This document shows, piece after piece, positions 10,828 to 20,230 of a stretch of 64,000 nt of DNA. The position numbers were made by a program, and so were the translations under genes. This stretch comes from Patescibacteria group bacterium. GTDB taxonomy: Bacteria; Patescibacteriota; UBA1384; JBAYJO01. The notes below the pieces were generated by a model that worked only from the letters and a program-made list of their open reading frames with translations, searched no databases and was not told the origin of the DNA. The stretch covers positions 40,671-104,670 of the forward strand of contig JBAYJO010000001.1 in assembly GCA_041665085.1 (NCBI GenBank), given 5' to 3'. Positions within the stretch are counted from its first letter, which is position 1. Every line of letters starts with the position of its first letter.

Positions 10828-10946
10828 TAGTGCGGGGATGAGATTTTTGTATGGTGGACTATGCAAAACTTGATTATACGACCTATAGTGTGTTAATATT
10901 TTGGCAATTAGGATTAGCGAAAGTCCTGATCAAGGAGGAGGCAACG

Positions 10947-11453
10947 ATGATCACACGAATAATGCTGTCGGTCGTCATCGTTATACTGGCAGTGTGTTTC
11001 CTGCCAGTTCCAGTGAGGAGTCAGACTGTCTCCCTCTGGACTGAATCCAGTAGTGACTATACCACATACAATTGGGCGGTAGATTGGTATGGTTTGACTT
11101 TCTTCTCCGTACTGATACCGGAGAATGCTCACTTCGCAAGTTTGTATTGCCCGTGTGGGTGGGCATTCGATCTCTCTAGATATGGGAACATATGGGAAAG
11201 ATATTTGGAGTCCCCACCCTCTGATTATATGTGGGCGTATTATTGTCGGACTGCGCCCGGTACACCTCCCAGTGTATTGACATTCGCACTGACAACCAGT
11301 GCGTATTACGAGACCGGAATTGCCCTGTATGGTGTTGCAAATGGTTCTGGCACATCGTACGGCCCAACAATGGGGCCAATTGTGCCGGAACTGCCGTCTA
11401 TGATAGTGTTGATGCTAGGAGCTCTCGGTATTGTCGCTCGTAGGTGGCATTAG
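10947..11453 (+). CDS. Secreted protein with PEP-CTERM-like sorting tail
   Basis: AAGGAGG RBS, signal peptide, C-terminal VPELPS-hydrophobic helix-RRWH. Confidence 0.75.
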   Translation: MITRIMLSVVIVILAVCFLPVPVRSQTVSLWTESSSDYTTYNWAVDWYGLTFFSVLIPENAHFASLYCPCGWAFDLSRYGNIWERYLESPPSDYMWAYYCRTAPGTPPSVLTFALTTSAYYETGIALYGVANGSGTSYGPTMGPIVPELPSMIVLMLGALGIVARRWH

Positions 11454-11472
11454 CCAGAGTTTGTCTTTTCTC

Positions 11473-11508
11473 GGCCTGGCCCTTACTCGGGGCTAGGCCA
11501 TATTTTAT
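11473..11508 (+). terminator. Intrinsic terminator
   Basis: GGCCTGGCCC/GGGCTAGGCC stem followed by a T-rich tract. Confidence 0.7.
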
Positions 11509-11667
11509 TTCATTTTACGCTTATTAATATTAAATTACGAATTATCAGGTTATTTGAGAACCATTCCTTGATTTTAATTAGATAATCTTCAAAAGTTAAT
11601 TCTAGTTGATTTTGGTTAATCAAATATTTATTATACTCTTAAATGATAAAGGATTAATTTTGTAGTT

Positions 11668-12660
11668 ATGAATCATACATTTAGGACGCTAAAATGGAAA
11701 CGCCATTCTACAGCAATAGCAAGAAAGCGTTTAAGACGACAGAGAAGAAAAAAAGGTCAGACACTTTTTAATTCTCCGAAGTATTTTAAGAAAATTTCTG
11801 CCCCTGCTTATTTTAGTATGATTAAAAATCCTGAAGGTATGGTTAGATTTTATCATGATTTTGAAAACGTTGTTAGCACAGGTGCGGGTGTTGATTTTGA
11901 TTTATCTCAAATAAAAGTGATGACGGTAGATGCTGTATTGTATACTCTTTATTTCTTTGATTATTTGAAATCTAAAAGAGTGTATTATTTTGTCAGAGGA
12001 AATGAGCCTAAGGATCAAGAATGCAAAAGGATTTTTCAAGAATCAGGGTTTTATAAATATGTTCAATCTTCTCAACTTAACAAAACGAGTTATAATATAT
12101 TTCCAATAGAATCAGGAACTTCTGTAGATCCTACCTTGGCTGAAAAAATAATTGATTTTACACGAGATAGATTACTTTATCCGAAATCGAAAAAAATAGA
12201 AGGTGTTTTTATAACTTTAGTTGAGTGTATGACAAATACTATTCAATGGGCTTATGAAAAAAATTATTCCCTTAATAAATGGTGGGTGGCAGCTTATTAT
12301 GACAAAAACCAAAACAAGATCTTTTATATTTTTTTAGACAACGGGCAAGGAATACCATCAACTGTGAGTAAAAGATTTCCAGAACGTGTCGCAGCGATAT
12401 TTAAAAAGATCACAAAGCAGCAACTCGATACAACTTTAATTAAATCTGCATTAAAAGGAGAATTTAGAACTCGAACTAAACAATCAAGTAGAGGAAAAGG
12501 ACTACCACAGATTTATAGTTTTGCTAAAGAGGGAAAGATATCTGATTTGCGAATAATGTCCAACAGAGGTTATATTGATACTGTGGATCCTAATAATTGT
12601 GAGGAGCTAAGCCGCAAATTCATAGGTACTCTGTTTAGTTGGAGTTACTCAACTAAATGA
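11668..12660 (+). CDS. STAS-like plus GHKL/HATPase domain protein
   Basis: ECMTNTIQWAY (N-box), DNGQGIP (G1), RGKGL (G2); N-terminal FDLSQIKVM STAS-like segment. Confidence 0.75.
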   Translation: MNHTFRTLKWKRHSTAIARKRLRRQRRKKGQTLFNSPKYFKKISAPAYFSMIKNPEGMVRFYHDFENVVSTGAGVDFDLSQIKVMTVDAVLYTLYFFDYLKSKRVYYFVRGNEPKDQECKRIFQESGFYKYVQSSQLNKTSYNIFPIESGTSVDPTLAEKIIDFTRDRLLYPKSKKIEGVFITLVECMTNTIQWAYEKNYSLNKWWVAAYYDKNQNKIFYIFLDNGQGIPSTVSKRFPERVAAIFKKITKQQLDTTLIKSALKGEFRTRTKQSSRGKGLPQIYSFAKEGKISDLRIMSNRGYIDTVDPNNCEELSRKFIGTLFSWSYSTK

Positions 12661-12689
12661 TCTATAATTTAAATTGATAAGGAGCCAAA

Positions 12690-12995
12690 ATGGATATATA
12701 TATAAAAAATTTTTCTACTGCCCTTGGCGGCAGATTTAAAAAAGAAGGTAATTTTTCGGGAGAAGAGTTTAGAGAAAAATATTTAGAACCTTTATTCAAT
12801 GGGAAAAAGACCGATCAGATCAATATCTATCTTGATGGTACCGAAGGATACCCAAGTTCTTTTTTAGAAGAAGCATTTGGCGGATTGGTTCGTTTATTAA
12901 ATGATAAGGAAATTGTAAAAAAACGATTGCGCTTGGTTACAAGTGATTCAATGTTGGAAAAAGAAATATTAAATTATATTGAAAATGCCCTATGA
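12690..12995 (+). CDS. STAS-like domain protein (DUF4325)
   Basis: GGRF...SGEEFRE...LDGTEGYPSSFLEEAFGGL signature. Confidence 0.85.
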   Translation: MDIYIKNFSTALGGRFKKEGNFSGEEFREKYLEPLFNGKKTDQINIYLDGTEGYPSSFLEEAFGGLVRLLNDKEIVKKRLRLVTSDSMLEKEILNYIENAL

Positions 12996-13567
12996 AAATT
13001 TGGTTTAAAGAAAAGTATATTTTCATTACTCTGTTTATCCCCCTTTTGGTGGGAATAATAATTGTGTATTTAAAATGGGCAGATATTAGAGATGATTTTT
13101 TTAAAATTAATTTCGCTGATGTGTTCCAAGTCATTGCCACATGGATTATTGCTTTATTTGTAACCTCATATGTCGGTGAAAAAACAGGTAACAGCAATAA
13201 GAGGAAAGAAATTATTTTAAAAATCTTGGATGAATTTAGAGATAGGATATCCGAGATGTTTAATCTATCCACTACTTATATGGAAAATTCTGACAAAAGT
13301 CTCGAGAAATCAATCTTAGCCTGCAGTGAAAAAGCTAATTATCAGCTTAATAGTCTTATAGAATTAAAAAAGAATGGGATTTTAAATTGTTTAAATTTTG
13401 GCGATGATCTTGAAAATTGTTGTTTAAAGTTTAAAATTGCCGTTACTGAATCACCTTTTCGTACTAATAATGTTGTATATGATGAAACAAAAAAGAATAA
13501 AGTCTATACTAGTTTTTATGAGTTAATAAAAAAAATTGATACTATTAGGTATAGACTTTATAAGTAA
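12992..13567 (+). CDS. Membrane-anchored hypothetical protein
   Basis: Two N-terminal hydrophobic segments; ATGA overlap with the upstream gene. Confidence 0.75.
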   Translation: MKIWFKEKYIFITLFIPLLVGIIIVYLKWADIRDDFFKINFADVFQVIATWIIALFVTSYVGEKTGNSNKRKEIILKILDEFRDRISEMFNLSTTYMENSDKSLEKSILACSEKANYQLNSLIELKKNGILNCLNFGDDLENCCLKFKIAVTESPFRTNNVVYDETKKNKVYTSFYELIKKIDTIRYRLYK

Positions 13568-13598
13568 ATTTATTTACACATACCCAGAAAGAAACAAT

Positions 13599-13763
13599 AT
13601 GGCCAACACAAAAGGAAAAGTTACATTTAGAGCTAATAAAACCATTACCAAACCAGTAAAGGTTGAATTTACAAATCGTAGGGGAGAAAGAGTGTCTTTT
13701 ACAACACATGAGAAAGTGATTAAGCCTGTAAAAGTTGAATTTTATGTTAGAAGAAAAAAATAA
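13599..13763 (+). CDS. Small basic protein with internal duplication
   Basis: 54 aa, KPVKVEF present twice; overlaps the PIN gene start. Confidence 0.6.
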   Translation: MANTKGKVTFRANKTITKPVKVEFTNRRGERVSFTTHEKVIKPVKVEFYVRRKK

Positions 13764-14388
13764 AGTTTTTTATATCGATACTAATATAGCTTTGGATTGT
13801 GCTACTAATAGAAATATACATACTATTCTTTTAATTGAGAGGATTAAAGAGCAGAATTGGAAATGTGTTAGCTCAGCTTTTCTCGCCATGGAAATGGCTG
13901 ATTATAAAAAAGATAGTCTTTTTATTACAGATAGAATTATAAATAAAAAATGGGAAACAAGAAAAGTGCTAAGGGAAGTATATAAAAAAACCTTGCGAGA
14001 GAGCGATTATGAAGAATTATCAGAGTGGCTAAAAGAATTTAATCAAAGATACAAAATTGAGATGTATGACTTTTTAAGTGAGGCTAAAGGTTGGGATTTG
14101 GCACAACAAATTAGTAATAAATATTCAATTACTGCTGCAGACTCTATTCATTTAGCATCGGCTGTGTTAGGATCATTGAGCCAAGGGATTGAAATTTTTA
14201 TAACAGAAGATAAAGATTTAAAACAAATAACTTATCAGATAGTAAAGGATTTAAAAGTTGAAAATCCAGAGCTAAGTCTTCAACCTATGAATGTTGAAGA
14301 AGTGAAGAAAAGTTATTTCCAACCATTATCTATTCAAGTTGATAAAAAAGTGGACGTAGCAGAAAGGACAGTGTCTGAAAGATGGTGA
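13744..14388 (+). CDS. PIN domain protein
   Basis: FYIDTNI, ADSIHLASA, FITEDKDL. Confidence 0.88.
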   Translation: MLEEKNKVFYIDTNIALDCATNRNIHTILLIERIKEQNWKCVSSAFLAMEMADYKKDSLFITDRIINKKWETRKVLREVYKKTLRESDYEELSEWLKEFNQRYKIEMYDFLSEAKGWDLAQQISNKYSITAADSIHLASAVLGSLSQGIEIFITEDKDLKQITYQIVKDLKVENPELSLQPMNVEEVKKSYFQPLSIQVDKKVDVAERTVSERW

Positions 14389-14511
14389 TTAAATATAGTT
14401 CTACTAAAGGATGGTAGTATTCAAGCTAAGTCCCAACTCTAGAAAATTCAGCTTCAGAGAAGATACTCCGGAGTTGTTTTAATTCATTGATCAGTTGATT
14501 CCAAAAAAAAT

Positions 14512-14560
14512 TTGGCTGTCTGTCAAAAAAATCACAAACTTTTGTTCGTGATTTTTTTTG
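14512..14560 (+). repeat. Second, degenerate tRNA-Glu 3' end plus terminator copy
   Basis: TTGGCTGTCTGTCAAAAAAATCACAAACTTTTGTTCGTGATTTTT aligns with 10782..10827. Confidence 0.7.
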
Positions 14561-14656
14561 TGTTATAGCATTTATTTGCTATAGTTTATTTGTATTACAG
14601 GTGGAAGGTTGGAAGTTTCTGGATTTTTTTAATTAATAGTTTCAGGAGGTGTCAAA

Positions 14657-15442
14657 ATGAGAGAATTAGTGGTTGCTGTTAACAATGAAAATATAAATTT
14701 GAAACCCTTTGAAACTATAAAGGTGATAAAAGAAGCTGGATTTCAGAATGTATTTATCTATTGGCTTAACAAAAAATGGGAATGTTCTCAAGAAAAGCAG
14801 CTGAAGTATATAAGAGATTTAGGATTAAATGTAATTTTTGCTCATCTTGGTTATCAAGAAATAAATTCATTGTGGGAAACGGGAGAAAAAGGTCAATTAT
14901 TGGCTGAAAGATATAAAAATGATTTAGAAGTTTGCAAGAAGAATGATATCTCAATGGTTGTAATGCACTTGACTAGTAAAACCATAGCTCCGAAATACGG
15001 TGAAATTGGATTAAATCGAATAAGAGAGATTGTAAATTATGCAAAAGAACTTGATATTAAAGTTGCTTTTGAAAATAATAAAATTAAAGGGTATTTAGAT
15101 TATGTTTTGTCAAATATAGATCAAGACAATGTTGGCGCTTGCTTTGACTCGGGGCATTGCCATGCACATTTTGATGATGATTTTAATTTTGAATTGTTTA
15201 AAAATCGTATTTTTGCCCTACATTTGCATGATAATGATAAAACAGGAGATTTACATTTACTACCATTTGACGGAACTGTCGATTGGAATTGGTTAATAAA
15301 AAAATTGAAATATTGTAATTACAATGGTCCGGTAACATTAGAACCGCGTTATAGTGATTATTATTTAAATATGTCTCCATTAGAGTTTTATAAAAAAGGT
15401 TTTGAAATCGCAAAAGAAATATCTGATAGGTTTGCGAAGTAA
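14657..15442 (+). CDS. Sugar phosphate isomerase/epimerase (AP endonuclease 2 TIM barrel)
   Basis: VAFEN, CFDSGH, LHLHDN, DLHLLPFDG, TLE. Confidence 0.88.
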   Translation: MRELVVAVNNENINLKPFETIKVIKEAGFQNVFIYWLNKKWECSQEKQLKYIRDLGLNVIFAHLGYQEINSLWETGEKGQLLAERYKNDLEVCKKNDISMVVMHLTSKTIAPKYGEIGLNRIREIVNYAKELDIKVAFENNKIKGYLDYVLSNIDQDNVGACFDSGHCHAHFDDDFNFELFKNRIFALHLHDNDKTGDLHLLPFDGTVDWNWLIKKLKYCNYNGPVTLEPRYSDYYLNMSPLEFYKKGFEIAKEISDRFAK

Positions 15443-15464
15443 ATAGATAAGTTAGGGATGAAAC

Positions 15465-15962
15465 TTATTTGTATCTGATTCTATATCCTAAAATTCCAAG
15501 AGAAGTAGCAACATTTAATGATTTGCCTTTGCCAAGCATTGGTATTTCAACTACTAAATCTGATTGATCGATAATTTCTTGATCAAGTCCTTCTCGTTCG
15601 TGTCCAATAACTATTGCCAGAGGAAATTTATAATTCGCTTCAATATAATTTAAGCTTTTTGTTGTTTGCTCCAGAGCGATAATCGATACATCTTGGGTTT
15701 TGAGTTTTTTGATTAATTCTAGGGCTGATTCTTGGCATTCCCACGCAACATTTGCATAACCTTCAAGAGCGGTTTTTTTAATTATTTTGTCAGCGCGATC
15801 TGATACTTCGAATCTTCTTGGGTCGTCGGGTAATTTTGGATAACCGGTTAATCCGCAAAGATAAAGTTTTTTAACTCCGAGAGCGTCGCAAGTTCTAAAA
15901 ATTGTGCCGACATTTATAAGAGACCTGATGTTGTTGCAAATTACATAAATTTCTTGGTTCAT
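15465..15962 (-). CDS. TrmH/SpoU family RNA methyltransferase
   Basis: NIRSLINVGTIFRT, IGHEREG, IPMLGKGKSLNVA; start moved to MNQEIY. Confidence 0.92.
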   Translation of the reverse strand: MNQEIYVICNNIRSLINVGTIFRTCDALGVKKLYLCGLTGYPKLPDDPRRFEVSDRADKIIKKTALEGYANVAWECQESALELIKKLKTQDVSIIALEQTTKSLNYIEANYKFPLAIVIGHEREGLDQEIIDQSDLVVEIPMLGKGKSLNVATSLGILGYRIRYK

Positions 15963-15963
15963 T

Positions 15964-16557
15964 TTAAAGTGGAATATCGAGATCAGCTGTTGGATTAGAA
16001 TTAGTACTTGGAATTGTAGATGTGGAAGATGCAGGAATAATTGATTCTGCTGGCGAGAAAGGTGAGAGCGGTGCCGGTTCAATTGATGGTGCGGGTGCTG
16101 GTTTGGCGACCGGTTGCTCTGATAATTGCGGAGTGGTTTCTTTTATATCGGTTTGTAGAGTATTGGTTGCATCAGAAGGTTGTTGTTGTGTGGGTGGTGC
16201 AGCAAATGTTTCTGTGGACTTAATTTCAGGCGTTTTAGGAGCATAAGAAGTCTGTGAGGAATTATTATTTATTGGATTTGAAGGTGTATTGTTTTCTGAT
16301 GTGCTAGGTGTTGTATTTGTAGTTTGAGGCTTTGCTGACTCTATGTTCATTGGTTTTTTGACAGGGATTCTTTCTTTACCTGTGATTTTTTTCAAATAAT
16401 TAATGTTAATTAAAGCTGCGGCAGGTTGGGATTCATTATCCAAAAAAACATACAGGTTTTCCGGATGCGCTGAATTTTGGACATCGGTTATTATTTTTTC
16501 AGTATTGTTTTTTAGTTCGCTAACAGGCATTATTTTATCAATTTCGACTTCAGGCAT
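15964..16557 (-). CDS. Phd/YefM-like N-terminal domain with Pro/Thr/Ser-rich tail
   Basis: IMPVSELKNNTEKII...PAAALI resembles the Phd fold; GGAGG RBS; low-complexity C-terminus. Confidence 0.6.
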   Translation of the reverse strand: MPEVEIDKIMPVSELKNNTEKIITDVQNSAHPENLYVFLDNESQPAAALININYLKKITGKERIPVKKPMNIESAKPQTTNTTPSTSENNTPSNPINNNSSQTSYAPKTPEIKSTETFAAPPTQQQPSDATNTLQTDIKETTPQLSEQPVAKPAPAPSIEPAPLSPFSPAESIIPASSTSTIPSTNSNPTADLDIPL

Positions 16558-16939
16558 TTGTTCCTCCAAGTTCTTTAGCTAATATTTGTGCAATTTTATC
16601 CGGTTCATTGTAGGCTTTAACATAATATTCTTTAGCGCCCATTTTCATTGCTTTTTCTTTGGCTGATTCTTCAGGTAAATTGGTTAAACAATAAATTGGG
16701 ATTTTATTTCCATTTGAGTCTTTTTTGATTTGATCTAAAATATCAAGGCCATTGGTGTGAGGCAATAATATATCTAGGAGAATTGCATCAGGTTGAAATT
16801 TTGGAATTAGTTCCACCCCTTGTTCTCCGCTTTGAGTAATTTCAACTTCAAAGCCTGATTTTATCAATGCATCTTTATACATTGTTAAGATATCAATTTC
16901 ATCATCTATGATTAAGATTTTTTTCTTTTGAGTTATCAT
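16550..16939 (-). CDS. Receiver-only response regulator
   Basis: ILIIDDE, ILLDILLP. Confidence 0.92.
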   Translation of the reverse strand: MITQKKKILIIDDEIDILTMYKDALIKSGFEVEITQSGEQGVELIPKFQPDAILLDILLPHTNGLDILDQIKKDSNGNKIPIYCLTNLPEESAKEKAMKMGAKEYYVKAYNEPDKIAQILAKELGGTNA

Positions 16940-16953
16940 AGGCTAATTATACA

Positions 16954-18225
16954 TCATTGCTTTGCAATAGGAAGCGACAAATAAAATGTGGTTCCTTTAC
17001 CTTCTTTTGATTCAAACCAAATTTTACCGTTTTGTTTATTTACAAGCGCTTTTACGATAAAAAGTCCAAGTCCGTTTCCTTTATTTCTGTTGTTTGAGCC
17101 ATGAAAAAACTCTTTAAATACATTTTGTTGTTCGTTTTGAGGAATGCCTTGTCCAAAATCTTTTACAGATATGATTAAATCATTTGAGAATTCATTTTTG
17201 CCTTGTTCTGCATTTATTACAACTTTTTTTCCTTTGGAATATCTGATTGCGTTATCGAGTAAATTATAAAGTGATTCGGTTATTTTTACAGGATCGATAA
17301 AAACTTTTGGTAATTTTTGTGGGATAAATTGTATTGGAATTTTTTTGTATTCGGACTCAAGACTGATATGCTCTATTGCAAGTTTTATTACCTCATTAAT
17401 ATCGGCAGGTTCAAGTGATATTATTATTTTTTTTGATTCTATATGAGTAATGTTTAAAAGATTGCTTACAATATCAACCATATTTGTGGTTGATATATGA
17501 ATTGAGTTTAGATATTTTTCCTGATCTTTGTTTAATTTGCCTAAATGACCGGACAAAAGGTTTGAGCAATAGCCTCGGATTATTGAAAGCGGGGTAAATA
17601 ACTGGTGCGAGGTCATGGAAATAAATTCTTTTTCTCTGGTTTCGATTGATTTCATTGCTTCATCTGCTTTTTGGAGTTTTGTTTCTGCCAGTTCGCGTAG
17701 TTCTTTTTCATGCCTTAAATTCATGGCAAGAGTTCGGCAAAACAAAGTAATAAAGAGTAGAAAAATTATTTGAAGGGGACCGGTGAAAAATAAGTTTTCG
17801 CCGGAGTAGCTATAGACACTGTTATTAATTAAAAATTCTGCGCCAAGCATCAGAGAAACAAAGGCGGCCATGAGCAGGCTATTTATTAGATTTAGAGTCA
17901 TTGCAACTGAAGCAACCGGGATAAAATATAGGACATAAAAATATTGACCATAATCTTTAATCAGATGAATTAATATTCCAATAAAAATTACATCAATGAT
18001 ACTTTTGAGCCAGATTCTTTTGGTTTTGTTGAGCCAGTTGAACAGGACAAGGTAATAGAGAAGGGCAAAAGAGATTATTGCGCCTATAAAATAAAAAATT
18101 TCATCGTTGTTGATTAAGTTTTGAGGTAGAAATTTAACAAAAATCAAAGCAATAATTACGATTGCCCATGTGATTCCTTCGTAGATTTTCTCTAAATGGT
18201 GTGATTTTTGAAGTGCGATCGGCAT
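16954..18225 (-). CDS. Membrane sensor histidine kinase
   Basis: N-terminal TMs, H-box SHQLFTPL, N-box NLLDNA, G-boxes. Confidence 0.93.
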   Translation of the reverse strand: MPIALQKSHHLEKIYEGITWAIVIIALIFVKFLPQNLINNDEIFYFIGAIISFALLYYLVLFNWLNKTKRIWLKSIIDVIFIGILIHLIKDYGQYFYVLYFIPVASVAMTLNLINSLLMAAFVSLMLGAEFLINNSVYSYSGENLFFTGPLQIIFLLFITLFCRTLAMNLRHEKELRELAETKLQKADEAMKSIETREKEFISMTSHQLFTPLSIIRGYCSNLLSGHLGKLNKDQEKYLNSIHISTTNMVDIVSNLLNITHIESKKIIISLEPADINEVIKLAIEHISLESEYKKIPIQFIPQKLPKVFIDPVKITESLYNLLDNAIRYSKGKKVVINAEQGKNEFSNDLIISVKDFGQGIPQNEQQNVFKEFFHGSNNRNKGNGLGLFIVKALVNKQNGKIWFESKEGKGTTFYLSLPIAKQ

Positions 18226-18320
18226 TTCCCTCCGTTCCGTTTGCCTTTGGTAGGCAGAAACCCCGCCTTAGCTCGCACTGAAAGTAGAGAATGCAATTCC
18301 TTTTTCAGTAAGAGCGTAGG
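18226..18320 (-). promoter_or_regulatory. Candidate structured cis-regulatory RNA, copy 1
   Basis: Three-way junction ending in GGAGG, homologous to 19748..19830 with compensatory changes. Confidence 0.6.
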
Positions 18321-18328
18321 TTGGGTAC

Positions 18329-19621
18329 CTAATTTTTTATTGATTGAACGATTTTTTCAATATCAAGTGTAATTTCTTTTTGCTCGCCCGAATCCATATC
18401 TTTGATTTTTACAATATTTTTTTCAAGTTCGGGCTTTTCAAATATGATGACGGTAGAGATCTTTTTTTTGTCGGCATATTTTATTTTTTTACCTAGATCA
18501 GATTCGTTTAGATATATTTCAGTTGTGATTTCATTTTTTCTTAATTCTTCAATAATTGGAAAAGACTTTTCTTGAGTTTCAGCATCAAATATAAATAATA
18601 TTTTTGATTTTTTATCTTGCAATGGAATGTTTAATGCCTTTAGGGCTTCAATAATTCTATCGATTCCAAATGAAAATCCGACACATTCAAAATCTTCATT
18701 GCTAAACATGTTGGTCAATTGATCGTATCTTCCGCCGCCGATTACAGATCCAAATTCTCGAGCTTGATTTAGCTTGAATTCAAAAATAAATCCAGTGTAA
18801 TAATCAAGTCCGCGAGCTAGAGCTGGATCAATTTTAATATTTTCTTCGGTAATACCATAATCTTTTAAAATTTGAAGAAGGTTTTCAAGTTTTTCGAATT
18901 CATTTGGGTCTATTTCTTTAAGCTCGATTTTAGCTTCATCATTGTTTGTTGTATTTAATAATTTCTTGATTTGATCTATGGTGTCATTTGAAAGTTCTAA
19001 TTTGGAAAGCTCTTGAATTACATCATCAGCACCGATTTTGTCGAGTTTATCAATTATCTGTAGAATACGATTTTGATCTTCTAATTTGATATTGTTTTTG
19101 GAAAAAAATGACATAAAAAATTTTCTTGAATTTAGAAAAATTGTGAAATCATCGATACCGAGTTCTTTTAAAACTTTAAAACCAAGATAAATAATTTCTG
19201 CTTCTGACTGAACAGAACTTGTGCCGACAATATCAGCGTCAAATTGGCAGAATTCTCTAAATCTGCCTTTTTGAGGTTTTTCAGCACGCCAAACTTGTCC
19301 GATTTGATATCTTTTGAAAGGTAGTGCAAGCTCGCGATAGTTCATAGCAATATATCTTGCTAGCGGAACGGTTAGATCGTATCTTAAAGCAATTTCTCGC
19401 TCGCCTAAATCTTTGAATTTATAGATTAATTTTTCGCCTTCAGAGCCGTATTTTCCAAGTAAAATGTCAGAATATTCCAGTGCTGGAGTTTCAAGTGGAG
19501 AAAAGCCAAAAAGACGGCATATTTTTTCTATCCTACGAGTTAAATTTATTTTGTCTTCAGCCTGTTCAGTTGGAAGGTCGCGAAATCCTTGCAGGATCCG
19601 CGGTTCAATTTTTTTGTCCAT
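18329..19621 (-). CDS. hisS: Histidine--tRNA ligase
   Basis: LRYDLTVP, RAEKPQKGRFREF, ARGLDYYTG, GGGRYD. Confidence 0.97.
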   Translation of the reverse strand: MDKKIEPRILQGFRDLPTEQAEDKINLTRRIEKICRLFGFSPLETPALEYSDILLGKYGSEGEKLIYKFKDLGEREIALRYDLTVPLARYIAMNYRELALPFKRYQIGQVWRAEKPQKGRFREFCQFDADIVGTSSVQSEAEIIYLGFKVLKELGIDDFTIFLNSRKFFMSFFSKNNIKLEDQNRILQIIDKLDKIGADDVIQELSKLELSNDTIDQIKKLLNTTNNDEAKIELKEIDPNEFEKLENLLQILKDYGITEENIKIDPALARGLDYYTGFIFEFKLNQAREFGSVIGGGRYDQLTNMFSNEDFECVGFSFGIDRIIEALKALNIPLQDKKSKILFIFDAETQEKSFPIIEELRKNEITTEIYLNESDLGKKIKYADKKKISTVIIFEKPELEKNIVKIKDMDSGEQKEITLDIEKIVQSIKN

Positions 19622-19747
19622 GGATCTATTCTAGCAAATTCTGATGTTTTATCAACTCGATTTGACAAATGTTTTAAAATCTTTAATACTTTACATGTTG
19701 GATGTTAAAATAATAATTAAATTTAGTTATAATTTAACTTTGTCCAG

Positions 19748-19830
19748 CCTCCATCTTTACTGAAAAAAAGATTGTTTTCAGTGCAGATTACGGCGGACTT
19801 CCTGTCCACTCAAGGTGGACGGAGTGGAGG
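19748..19830 (+). promoter_or_regulatory. Candidate structured cis-regulatory RNA, copy 2
   Basis: CCTCC/GGAGG P1 sequesters the RBS; upstream TTGACA...TAATAC promoter-like site near 19661..19688. Confidence 0.6.
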
Positions 19831-19834
19831 TAAT

Positions 19835-20212
19835 ATGGCGGGGAAAGCAAAAATATTAGTAGCTGATGACGATGTTGTTTTAAGAGATATGTACAAGGCA
19901 AGACTTGAAGATTCCGGATATGAAATTATTACAGCGTCCAATGGCGAAGAAGCAATGGCGCGAGCAACAGATTCAAGTCCTGATTTGATTTTGCTTGATG
20001 TGATGATGCCGAAGGTTAATGGTTTTGATTGTTTGGATATGTTAAAAAGTACTGCCGAAACTAAGAAAATTCCAGTTGTGATTTTAACTGCTTTGGTTCA
20101 GGATTCTGATCGTGAAAGAGGGGTAAAAGGCGGAGCTGATGATTATATTGTGAAATCAGAGACAATGCCCGGTGAAATTATTGAAAAAATTGAAAAATTA
20201 GTCAAAAAGTAA
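19835..20212 (+). CDS. Receiver-only response regulator
   Basis: ILVADDD, ILLDVMMP, GADDYIVK; ATG follows GGAGG. Confidence 0.93.
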   Translation: MAGKAKILVADDDVVLRDMYKARLEDSGYEIITASNGEEAMARATDSSPDLILLDVMMPKVNGFDCLDMLKSTAETKKIPVVILTALVQDSDRERGVKGGADDYIVKSETMPGEIIEKIEKLVKK

Positions 20213-20230
20213 TTTTTATAACTTAGGTTT

